DNA from: Puniceicoccales bacterium
GTDB lineage: Bacteria; Verrucomicrobiota; Verrucomicrobiia; Opitutales; UBA9783
Assembly (NCBI GenBank): GCA_031266455.1
Contig: JAISBA010000002.1
Coordinates: 1,937-65,936 of the forward strand
DNA: 64,000 bases
Direction of reading: 5' to 3'
Shown: positions 1 to 8,268 of the stretch, piece by piece
Position numbering within the stretch: position 1 is the first letter of the stretch
Layout of the letters: each line of letters starts with the position of its first letter
Translations under genes and position numbers: made by a program
Notes under the pieces: model-generated
What the model saw: the letters and a program-made list of their open reading frames with translations, nothing else
Told to the model about the DNA's origin: nothing
Database searches by the model: none

Positions 1-133
1 CGGGGACTAGAGGTACATGTATGTGATTTTTCTGGAGGTGGGGGATGGTCTCTAGGAAAAACAGTGATGGGGATAATTTAAACTTGCCAAGAGGAAGTCC
101 AGAGGGTTTTTGTTGTAAAGAGTAAAGGCGGTT

Positions 134-367
134 TTAGTAAGGTAGTTCGCAGCTAGCGAGTATCCACTGGTGGTTTGATCCTTGCGTATAAACCTCAATA
201 CGGTTCTCTACAAAAGCATAACAGATGTTATTACACTTATAAAGTACGTAATTATCACCAATCGCACCAATAGTTGAATCGTGTAGAGATCCACGGCCAT
301 TTCCGTCATACATATGGATTGGAAAATTTGGATCCAATAGTAGGCGTCCTGGAATGATATCACGCAT
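134..367 (-). CDS. hypothetical ORF, possibly a 3' gene fragment (no family recognised)
   Basis: The 77-aa ORF lies immediately downstream of a strong hairpin. The frame stays open upstream of the ATG as far as the hairpin, and I see no obvious promoter or RBS. Confidence 0.2.
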   Translation of the reverse strand: MRDIIPGRLLLDPNFPIHMYDGNGRGSLHDSTIGAIGDNYVLYKCNNICYAFVENRIEVYTQGSNHQWILASCELPY

Positions 368-424
368 GTGGGTACCATTTGTGTTGACAACCGCACAACC
401 ATTTTCAATCTGCGAACCCGGTAG

Positions 425-461
425 AAAATAAAAATAGGTACCTAATACCTATTTTTATTTT
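425..461. terminator. AT-rich perfect hairpin, likely intrinsic (bidirectional) terminator
   Basis: Arms aaaataaaaataggta (425-440) and tacctatttttatttt (446-461) are perfectly complementary over 16 bp, with loop cctaa. The T/A runs are part of the arms. The hairpin sits 29 nt downstream of the stop of the minus-strand gene at 490-1314. Confidence 0.6.
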
Positions 462-489
462 TGTGGAGATTACCTGAATTTTGAGGGTT

Positions 490-1314
490 TCAAAGAAGAT
501 CAAAACAATCTACATTGTATAAAGTTGTCATTGTATCTGACCATAAAATGTACGTACCGTCCTCGTATAAAAAGACAGGGGCGTGAGTTAAAAGATGGTA
601 ACCTACGAGTGGGAGTGATCTGTCTTGATCGTTATAAAGCACAAGACTTTGGCAGAGAGACGTATGAAACCATAATGATCTTTGCCCAGATTTACTCATG
701 AAACGCTTCTCCTCACACCATTCATCATTAATTTTTTTAACTGCTGTACCATTGATTGTACAGAATTCTCTTTTGTCATCTTCATAAACCGGCATTCCAT
801 TATAGAAATATCCTACTGGATTCTGGTGCACAGAAAGTTCGATGGAGTTAGGGTCATCGTTAAAAATCACACTGGATATTAATTCTTGTTTGGTTGACAT
901 CCTGTCCGGCCATACAAGGTACAGGTTCCGCGCTGGGTGAAAATAGACGGGGTTATGAGTTTCACGGTGGTACCCTGCATGCGAAAGTTGTCTGTCTTGA
1001 TCGTCGTAAAGTGCAGGGTTTTCAGGTGACTTTTTTATATCAGCCCACAATGTTATTTTACTAGAGTTGCCCTTGAGACACTTCTCTTCACACCATATAT
1101 CATTAATTTTTCTAACTTTGTTGCCAGATGATGTGTAGAATCCTTTATGGGAAAAGAATCCTTTCACACCTTCGTAAACTGGAGTCCCGTTAGAGAGAAG
1201 TCCTACTTTTTGCCCTGGGGGTGTCGCGTACAGCGATACGCCCTGTGTTATTCCAGCCATGCAAAGGCTGGTATTAATTAATTTTCTTACAAAATGTTGT
1301 TTCATAATGGCCAT
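490..1314 (-). CDS. secreted hypothetical protein built from two ~120-aa tandem repeat domains
   Basis: The N-terminus looks like a signal peptide (MAIMKQHFVRKLINTSLCMAGITQGVSLYA). Two internal repeats share G(T/M)PVYE..., KKIND(I/E)WCEEK, LY(D/N)DQDR(Q/S)L...GYH..TH.PV and LWxD. I recognise no known family. Confidence 0.6.
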   Translation of the reverse strand: MAIMKQHFVRKLINTSLCMAGITQGVSLYATPPGQKVGLLSNGTPVYEGVKGFFSHKGFYTSSGNKVRKINDIWCEEKCLKGNSSKITLWADIKKSPENPALYDDQDRQLSHAGYHRETHNPVYFHPARNLYLVWPDRMSTKQELISSVIFNDDPNSIELSVHQNPVGYFYNGMPVYEDDKREFCTINGTAVKKINDEWCEEKRFMSKSGQRSLWFHTSLCQSLVLYNDQDRSLPLVGYHLLTHAPVFLYEDGTYILWSDTMTTLYNVDCFDLL

Positions 1315-1767
1315 TTGTTATTACGCTATATTTATCAATGTCAATAGAAAAATTTATAAATCTTCCGTATCCGATCAAAATCGTGGGAATATTAATATAT
1401 CTTTGCAAAATTCTATAAACGACGAGATCTACAACGGAATGCCGTCAAGCAATTATTTCATTTCCTTCCGACAATAACTTGCCTTCAAAAGGCCTTGAAT
1501 CCAAAAAAGTTGAAGTAGAGCAAAACTTTATACTTCTGGATTTCCCTCCCGCGTATGGATTTCAAAAATGCGAAATCTACAGCCAACGGAGCTATGGAAG
1601 TATTTTGGGAGTAAAATGAACCATCCCCAGAGATTGTCATCGCAATCGGAGTTCGAAAGAAGATCTCCGCAGGCTAAAGTTTGCAGGCGTGTTTCAAAAG
1701 CCTTCAAGAACCAACGATTCCGATCGGTCTTTAAAAATCTGCTGAAGTTAACTCGTCTCGCAGGCCG

Positions 1768-1844
1768 TGGTCGGGATGACTGGATTCGAACCAGCGACAT
1801 TTACGTCCCGAACGTAACGCTCTACCAAGCTGAGCTACATCCCG
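1768..1844 (-). tRNA. tRNA-Pro (anticodon CGG)
   Basis: I folded the cloverleaf by hand from the reverse complement. Acceptor stem is CGGGATG/CATCCCG, D arm GCTC-AGCTTGGTA-GAGC, and anticodon stem TTACG/CGTAA with loop TTCGGGA. T arm is GCTGG-TTCGAAT-CCAGT, the discriminator is A, and CCA is encoded. Total length is 77 nt. Confidence 0.9.
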
Positions 1845-1873
1845 CGCGAAACACGGTATATGGGAAAATTAAA

Positions 1874-2461
1874 TTAGGAAGGCAGCAAGCTTTTTAATGA
1901 AAAAAAATGACAGAGAGCAGTGGCCGTTGCATCCGACTCATCCGGAGGTAAAATGCGCGGCAATTGCAATAGTTGACAAACCATTTTGGCCACTTGCTCT
2001 TTCGTTGCTTGTCCCATGCCCGTAATGGATTTTTTAATTCTGCGCGGCGTATATTCTTTGGTTTCGACGTTGGACAAAGCAACGGCCGCCAAACAAGCAC
2101 CTCGGCAAGATCCCAAAATCTGAGCCACTTTGGAATTTTGCACGTAAATTGTTTGTTCCATCGAAACGGCGCACACGGGGTAAGACTGCAGTAGGTATTG
2201 CGTTGCTTTAAATAATTCGCCCAAACAAACCACAAAATCAAGCCGAGGACTTAATTTCAAGGTTGAAGACGTGTGTAAATTGATTTTCTGGTGATCGCCA
2301 ATTTCTATGACGGCAAAGCCACTACTTCTCAAACTTGGATCGATACCCAAAATGAAACCTTGAAAAGCGTCAAAATCCGCACGGATATCTTTTGGGTGAG
2401 AAGCTTTTTTGGAAAGTCCTAAAATTTTATTTGTCCACAAATGACGCCGCCGAACACTCAT
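1874..2461 (-). CDS. ruvC: crossover junction endodeoxyribonuclease RuvC
   Basis: ILGIDPSLRSSGFAVIE matches the RuvC N-terminal catalytic motif. The C-terminal ...GMGQATKEQVAKMV...DESDATATALCH matches the RuvC acidic/His end. Its start overlaps the upstream stop in a TAATG arrangement. Confidence 0.9.
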   Translation of the reverse strand: MSVRRRHLWTNKILGLSKKASHPKDIRADFDAFQGFILGIDPSLRSSGFAVIEIGDHQKINLHTSSTLKLSPRLDFVVCLGELFKATQYLLQSYPVCAVSMEQTIYVQNSKVAQILGSCRGACLAAVALSNVETKEYTPRRIKKSITGMGQATKEQVAKMVCQLLQLPRILPPDESDATATALCHFFSLKSLLPS

Positions 2462-3177
2462 TATTTAAGCGCGGGGATACGCAATCTCATGCCAATTTTC
2501 AAACCATTGGGAGAAGATAAGACATCTTGATTGGCATCAAAAATGACTTTCCATTTGACGGCACTTCCGTACATTTTTAGGCTAATTTTTGACAACGTAT
2601 CTTCACTTTGAACAATGTAAGTTCGTTCGATGTGGCTGTTGGGTATTTCCTCATTGGTCTGAACTACCATCGTATGTGCCGTTGGAATCTCGGTCTTCGT
2701 AACTTTATTTCTTAACTGCACCAATTTGCTTTTGAGTTGATTATTTTCGGCGCGTACTTGCTTAAGGACTTCGATTAAATTTAAATATTCCGGAGATTCG
2801 TTGTAATGATCGCTCAATGGCAAGGTGCGCGCAAATTCCTTCTTTGCGGTTTCAATCATTTGTAAAACCATGTGAGCCACTTTGCTATCCGGATCTTGTA
2901 CAAGATGCTGGCGAAAATGGTAGATGGCGAAAATGGGATCATGCCTTACACTCAGGCAGAGTTGACCCAATTCAAAGTGGGTGCTGGAGCCCTCTCCATT
3001 TCTCTTCTCAAGGAGATTTTGAAACACCTTGAAAGCTTCTTCGGGGCGATTTTCGTTTAAAAATTGTTGACCTTGTTGAAAAAGAGGTTCTTCTGTTTCT
3101 ACAACGACTTGCTTGGTATTTTGACATCCCGTCAACCCTACCCACAGTAGACCGAAAAACCATTGACTTATCTTCAT
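2461..3177 (-). CDS. lipoprotein with TPR-like region and C-terminal LysM peptidoglycan-binding domain
   Basis: Signal peptide with lipobox (LWVGLTGC). The C-terminus YIVQSEDTLSKISLKMYG....IFDAN...L.SPNGLKIGMRLRIP fits the LysM consensus. Confidence 0.75.
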   Translation of the reverse strand: MKISQWFFGLLWVGLTGCQNTKQVVVETEEPLFQQGQQFLNENRPEEAFKVFQNLLEKRNGEGSSTHFELGQLCLSVRHDPIFAIYHFRQHLVQDPDSKVAHMVLQMIETAKKEFARTLPLSDHYNESPEYLNLIEVLKQVRAENNQLKSKLVQLRNKVTKTEIPTAHTMVVQTNEEIPNSHIERTYIVQSEDTLSKISLKMYGSAVKWKVIFDANQDVLSSPNGLKIGMRLRIPALK

Positions 3178-3326
3178 GTACTAAAAAAGCCCCACTTTAC
3201 ATTTCATCGCATAACTTGGATTAAACTGCAAGCTAAAATGTTACATACGCTCCAACAATTGAAAATTGGAATTATTTTACAATAGTTGCCTCACAAAGGA
3301 ACATGGGTGACCTGAAGACGAATTTT

Positions 3327-3355
3327 TTGTTTGCATTTTTAGGTGTGTCTATAAT
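3327..3355 (+). promoter_or_regulatory. candidate sigma70-type promoter upstream of asd
   Basis: TTGTTT, a 17-nt spacer, then TATAAT, about 165 nt upstream of the asd ATG. This is a consensus match only. Confidence 0.25.
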
Positions 3356-3521
3356 CAATTTTACAATAAAATGTTCCGTCATCGAGGCATAGAATGGGTA
3401 GGCTACACGCCTTTCGGCGCTTTAGGGAATGTTATCACTGTATAAGGGTGGGGCACATGGTAGAATTTCTTTATAAATGGTTTGGCGTAAAATTTCTCTG
3501 CACCGCATGGTTTTGCACAAG

Positions 3522-4517
3522 ATGAAGACAATAGGCATTGTGGGAGCCACAGGGTTGGTAGGGCAGGCATTATTGGAAGAATTGTTAAAAATACCCGCAT
3601 GTCGCTCTAAAAACTTTGTACTATTTTCATCGGATAAAACGGCAGGCTATCTTTGTGACCTTAAGGGTTCTCGGTCTAAAATTGAAAGTCTGGCGGACGA
3701 TTGGTTAAAGAAAGTAGATTTTTGGTTCTTTGCCACACCTAAACATGTTGCCGCCCATTGGATTCCAATCATTTTAAGCAATAGCGGTGCAAATTGTATA
3801 GACGGAAGCAGCGCATTTCGCTTATGCGAAGAAATTCCACTCATCATTCCAGAAATCAACATGTATCAATTGACCCCAACCAAGCGATTGGTTGCAAGTC
3901 CTAATTGTACGACAACCATTGCACTGATGGCGCTGTGGCCTTTGCATAAGATTTTCCACCTAAAGCGCTTCTGGGTGCACAGTTATCAATCAGCTTCGGG
4001 CATGGGGAACGACGGCATGCGCGAACTTGAGGAACAAATAAAATCTTGGAGCGAAGGAAAAAGTTGTGCAAACATACGTAATTTTTACAAACCTTTGGCT
4101 TTTAATGCGATTCCCCAGATTGGCAATTTAGATGCCGATGGCGTTTCGGGAGAAGAGCGCAAGTTAGTGTTGGAATCTAGGAAAATTTTGGGCGATGAGA
4201 CCCTAAAAATTTTTGCCAATTGTGTACGTGTTCCGGTCCTGCGGTGTCATTCTATGGAGATTAATGCTGAATTTGACGAAACCCTTGATTTGGATGTGGC
4301 GAAAATGGCCTTAAAGTCGGCCGAAGGTTTGCGTTGGTACGAAGAAGACTATCCAACGGCACTGGAGTGCTCCAAACAGGGCGCGTGTGGTGTCGGGCGC
4401 TTACGTTACGACAACGCCCTGGATAACGGTATGGCCCTGTGGGTTGTGGGAGATCAATTGTTGAAGGGAGCTGCGCTTAACATGGTACAGATTTTTCAAC
4501 ACTGGATGACTTTATAA
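3522..4517 (+). CDS. asd: aspartate-semialdehyde dehydrogenase
   Basis: MKTIGIVGATGLVGQ is a Rossmann N-terminus and SPNCTTT is the active-site Cys motif. I placed the start at the internal ATG (M16 of the listed ORF) that yields the canonical N-terminus. Confidence 0.9.
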   Translation: MKTIGIVGATGLVGQALLEELLKIPACRSKNFVLFSSDKTAGYLCDLKGSRSKIESLADDWLKKVDFWFFATPKHVAAHWIPIILSNSGANCIDGSSAFRLCEEIPLIIPEINMYQLTPTKRLVASPNCTTTIALMALWPLHKIFHLKRFWVHSYQSASGMGNDGMRELEEQIKSWSEGKSCANIRNFYKPLAFNAIPQIGNLDADGVSGEERKLVLESRKILGDETLKIFANCVRVPVLRCHSMEINAEFDETLDLDVAKMALKSAEGLRWYEEDYPTALECSKQGACGVGRLRYDNALDNGMALWVVGDQLLKGAALNMVQIFQHWMTL

Positions 4518-4734
4518 ATACACATACCTCCAGAGCATTCATTGGACCGGTCATTTTTCCGGAAAAATCATCCGCAATCTAAGGATCCATTCAATATGGA
4601 GGGTTTGTAATGATTTTGCGCGATCAATGTGCGTTTCCCAATGGGTTGCTTAGGTTGGATCCGTTGTATGGGTACGTATTCAATAAATGGAAAAAACTTG
4701 CAAATTATAAGCCTACGTGTCATGGATCAACGAC

Positions 4735-5643
4735 ATGCGAAAATTTCGATGGGTGATTCTATTTTTTATTGGTTTTTGGGGATGCGTGAAAGTGAATGCA
4801 GCAGCACCTCTGGATATAGGTCATGCTTGTGCTTTGGGACTTACGCAGGGTATAACGGAGTTTTTGCCCGTTTCATCCACAGGGCACATGATTTTGGTCA
4901 ATGAACTGTTTTTGAAAAGCGGTACCGATTATCTGGGAAAAGTTTTGAATAGCACGCAACTTGCGCTCAATCACTACATGGTTTGCATTCAATTGGGAAC
5001 CCTAGGGGTTTTACTTTTATTTTATAGGCGTGAAATAAGGAAAATGCTTGCGGGCCTCATGGGGAAAAACAACGAAGGGTTACGTTTAGCATTTCATGTG
5101 GCTATTGCATTTGTGCCGGTAGGATTATTAGGGTTTATAGGAGGGGATTGGATTCAAATGCATTTGTACAACCGATCTTGCGTATTGGCAGCCGTATTTG
5201 TTGGCGGTATTTTTATTTTTTTCGTCGAAAATTATCGCAAGCGTCAGCAAGTTCGATGGACGTTGGATAATATGCCCATAAGGGTTGCCCTGGGTATCGG
5301 ATTGTTTCAATTGATGGCTTTGTGGCCCGGGTTTAGTCGTTCACTGGCGACCATTGTCGGCGGCGTTGTGTTGGGCATGTCACTGGTGCAATCCATCCAT
5401 TTCAGCTTTTTGCTAGGTTTGCTAACTTCAACGGTTGCAACGGGATATAAGTTTTTAAAGAGTGGCTCCGAAATGTTGCAACAGCTGGATGTTGTTTCCA
5501 TGTTGACGGGTATCGTGGTTGCCTTCGTTGTTGGAATGGTAACCATTCATGCGTTTTTTGGATATTTGAAGAAAAAGGGGTTAGGGATATTTGGATATTA
5601 TCGTCTAGGCCTAACGGTGATTTTTACTATTTTTGCAAAATGA
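4735..5643 (+). CDS. uppP: undecaprenyl-diphosphate phosphatase (BacA/UppP)
   Basis: GLTQGITEFLPVSSTGHMIL is the UppP signature, and the protein is multi-TM. The listed ORF begins at a GTG, so I took the first in-frame ATG at 4735. Confidence 0.9.
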   Translation: MRKFRWVILFFIGFWGCVKVNAAAPLDIGHACALGLTQGITEFLPVSSTGHMILVNELFLKSGTDYLGKVLNSTQLALNHYMVCIQLGTLGVLLLFYRREIRKMLAGLMGKNNEGLRLAFHVAIAFVPVGLLGFIGGDWIQMHLYNRSCVLAAVFVGGIFIFFVENYRKRQQVRWTLDNMPIRVALGIGLFQLMALWPGFSRSLATIVGGVVLGMSLVQSIHFSFLLGLLTSTVATGYKFLKSGSEMLQQLDVVSMLTGIVVAFVVGMVTIHAFFGYLKKKGLGIFGYYRLGLTVIFTIFAK

Positions 5644-5740
5644 CTGGACAAGCGCAATAAAAATTGTCAATAGTAGTAAAAGTTTTGTTTGAAGTACGAA
5701 TTTTTGTACGGACAGCAATCTTTTAATCTTTGAATGTCAA

Positions 5741-7075
5741 ATGAACAAAAAAAAAGCTGCTGCCAAAGGGATTCAACCATCTTTTGCCTATCTTATTGAA
5801 AAAAAACGTGAACGTGAAGAGTTCACCGATAGTGAAGTACGTTACATTGTAGAATCAATTTTGTCCAATACGATACCTAGCTATCAGTTGTCTGCGCTTA
5901 TTATGGCAATTTATTTTCAAGGATTATCGGCGCAGGAAACGGCCGTTTTGGCCGAAGAAGTCATGTTGTCCGGAGAAGTTATCGATTTGACGGATATTGG
6001 AAAACCTAAAATTTCATTGTATGCAACGGGCGGTGTGGGTGATAAAACCGCTATTGTGCTTACAGCTTTAGTTGCAGCGTGCGGTGTGGTGGTTCCTTCG
6101 GTGGTGGGAGAGGATGAGAATTTTATTTTTGGAAATCTTAAAAAATTAAGTGCTATTCCGGGATTTAAAACCAATTTGTCCGTTAAGGAATTTGTTCAGC
6201 AATTGAAAAATATAGACTGCTGCTATTGTGCGCAGCCGCAACAAATTACACCGGTGGATACCATTTTGCATCAAATGCGGCAAGCGACGGCAACGGTAGC
6301 AAGTATTCCATTAATTACGGAAAGTATTTTGAGCAAGCGGCTGGCGGTTGGATCTGAAAATTTAGTCGTGGATGTTAAATGGGGGAATGGATCGTTCATA
6401 AAAGATATAGAAGATGCAAAGCAGTTGGCAAGAACCATTACGCGCGTGGCACGTTCTCTTCAACGTCGCTGTGTAGCTTTGGTAACGGATATGAATCAAC
6501 CTTTAGGCGATACCATTGGAACTGCCCTGGAGATTCAAGAAGTCATTGAATTGTTGCGAGGGCGTGGCAGTGACGATTTAAAAGAATTAATTTTAAAGTT
6601 AGGCATGGAAATGGTCCGACTCGCAGGCGTATCCGGATCTACATTGTCGGCTAAACAAACGGTTTTACGACACCTCAATGACGGTTCTGCCTTTGAACGT
6701 TTTAGGGAAATGGTTAAGGCACAAGGTGGAGATATAACCTACATTGACCATCCGGATAAATTCCCCAAAACCAAATACATGCGTAAATTACCTGCTCCTA
6801 AAAGGGGATATATTCACGGAATTAATGCGGGTATGTTGGCCAAAGGTGTGGATATTCTGTCCCAACCGGATGATGTCAGCAAAGTGGATACGGCGGTAGG
6901 GATTACCCAATTGAAAAAAATTGGATCGCAGGTCAAACAAGGGGATCCACTGATGATGATTCACTATAACGATCACTCTCGATTGGATACCGCTTTGGAA
7001 TACTTGCGTTCGGCTTGCAAATTGGCTCCCAAACGTCCTATATTGTCCGAATTAGTGGTTGAACGTGTTGCCTAA
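5741..7075 (+). CDS. thymidine / pyrimidine-nucleoside phosphorylase
   Basis: Contains the ATGGVGDKT phosphate-binding motif (family consensus is STGGVGDK). The 444-aa length and the N-terminal glycosyltransferase-family-3 helical domain also fit. Confidence 0.85.
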   Translation: MNKKKAAAKGIQPSFAYLIEKKREREEFTDSEVRYIVESILSNTIPSYQLSALIMAIYFQGLSAQETAVLAEEVMLSGEVIDLTDIGKPKISLYATGGVGDKTAIVLTALVAACGVVVPSVVGEDENFIFGNLKKLSAIPGFKTNLSVKEFVQQLKNIDCCYCAQPQQITPVDTILHQMRQATATVASIPLITESILSKRLAVGSENLVVDVKWGNGSFIKDIEDAKQLARTITRVARSLQRRCVALVTDMNQPLGDTIGTALEIQEVIELLRGRGSDDLKELILKLGMEMVRLAGVSGSTLSAKQTVLRHLNDGSAFERFREMVKAQGGDITYIDHPDKFPKTKYMRKLPAPKRGYIHGINAGMLAKGVDILSQPDDVSKVDTAVGITQLKKIGSQVKQGDPLMMIHYNDHSRLDTALEYLRSACKLAPKRPILSELVVERVA

Positions 7076-7484
7076 GAAAACAAAGTATTGGTCCGCTTTA
7101 CGATCACGCGAGACGTTGTCACTCATCGCGACATTGCGAGGGATTGGGCAAGTGCAGGCGGACGAAGTTTCTTTTAAAAAACCCATTGCTTTGGCGGAAG
7201 CTGTGGATCGCTATTTAAAACAAAAGCTACCCTCCGAAGAACGTATAAATTGTGTTGAACGGATGCGAAATCATTGGAAAACGTGGTTTGCGAATACGCT
7301 ATGGGTAGAGTGTTGGCCAGAAAAATTGGATCAACGTAACATATTGTGGCTGCGGGTTCCCAATCCGATTTTGAAACAGCAATTGCAGTTTTTGGAAAAC
7401 ACCTGGAAGCTACAGTTAAATCAACGATTGGGGAAAGTGTGCGTGAAAGCAATTCGTTGGTGGGTAAGTGAAATAGACGCCTAA
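7059..7484 (+). CDS. DUF721 (DciA-like) domain protein
   Basis: The C-terminal half (W..WF.....V.CWPEKLDQRNILWLRVPNPILKQQLQF....LQLNQRLG...VKAIRW) fits the DUF721 pattern. The start codon is non-ATG and overlaps the upstream gene, so the exact start is uncertain. Confidence 0.55.
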   Translation: MNVLPKKTKYWSALRSRETLSLIATLRGIGQVQADEVSFKKPIALAEAVDRYLKQKLPSEERINCVERMRNHWKTWFANTLWVECWPEKLDQRNILWLRVPNPILKQQLQFLENTWKLQLNQRLGKVCVKAIRWWVSEIDA

Positions 7485-7766
7485 GTCCCATACCGTGTGC
7501 GCACGATAAGGATCTTTTCGGAACTTTTTATATTTCAAAAAAATCTTACCCACGAAGCGGATACGCAGAATAGGGTTCGCTAAAACGATTTTGCCCCTTT
7601 AAAGGCGGCCCTGGAGGTTAAATTGAACTAAAAATGATACTTTATAATCATAACCCATCAATTTTTCCTTCACTGGGTCATTTATCTTTGCAAATTTAAA
7701 ATCACATTTTAAATTTGCAAGGATGATCGCCAGAAATGTATTACCACAGCTACTGAAAGCTTTAGA

Positions 7767-7970
7767 TTGATTTGGGCCATCGAAATCAAAAGTTGGGTAA
7801 TTCCTAAAAAAAGTAAAGGATTTCATATGGCCATCGAGGATGTACAACCCACAAGAGCTTTTGTTGTCCATGGCGGCAGAGGACAATATCCGATGGATGA
7901 AAATCTCCATGCCATCGGGTTTCCCGAAATGGTCCAAGAATTAAATAATAAGCTTTTGTTTAACACTTAG
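7767..7970 (+). pseudogene. C-terminal remnant of a DUF4143 / AAA-ATPase-type gene
   Basis: LIWAIEIKSW..PKKSKGF......PTRAFVVHGGRGQYPMDENLHAIGFPEM resembles the DUF4143 C-terminus (AIEIKS..., VVY.G....). The upstream frame is closed by stops and no ATPase domain is present. Confidence 0.3.
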
Positions 7971-8268
7971 GTAAATTTATAACCTTTAAGGCCTTTTTAT
8001 TTTTTATACATCCGTGGATTAAATTTAGTTGCTTCCCAAGACAAATTTTTCGACTTTGCTTTTGCCTCATAGATATAGCAGGTAAATGTTCTGATTCCGA
8101 TAACGGCCATCATCGAAAACGACCCCACAAATGGAGCATTTATTCTCATGCACAACTATTTTTCAGTTTTTTATTTACTTTTTATATTTCTTTTTTTAAA
8201 ATTAAAACGGATGGGGGTTTAAATTAACGCTGAAATCTCCCGAAAACAATTTTATAATGGCTTGAATT

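Noticed and set aside
1315-1767. Possible ncRNA (tmRNA, SRP RNA, RNase P RNA) in the ~450-bp gap next to tRNA-Pro
   Set aside because: I found none of the conserved motifs of these RNAs on either strand (tRNA-like CCA end, SRP GGAA tetraloop context, RNase P GAGGAAAGTCC), only short weak hairpins. A covariance-model scan (Rfam) would be needed to say more.
1528-1897. ORFs 1528-1800 (-) and 1568-1897 (+), of 90 and 109 aa
   Set aside because: Both run through the tRNA-Pro gene (1768-1844) and have no recognisable protein features, so I treat them as spurious.
7997-8149. 50-aa minus-strand ORF with a hydrophobic N-terminal half
   Set aside because: It lies in a decayed AT-rich region, I saw no RBS, and conservation cannot be checked. 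I mention it only as context in the corresponding finding.
7971-8268. Replication origin hypothesis, because rpmH-rnpA-yidD-yidC and a DciA-like gene flank AT-rich non-coding DNA
   Set aside because: I found only one imperfect DnaA-box-like 9-mer here (cgtggatta, 8013-8021, 7/9 to TGTGGATAA) and another isolated one at 57732-57740 (ggtggataa, 8/9). There is no cluster of boxes, no dnaA or dnaN nearby, and I cannot compute GC skew.
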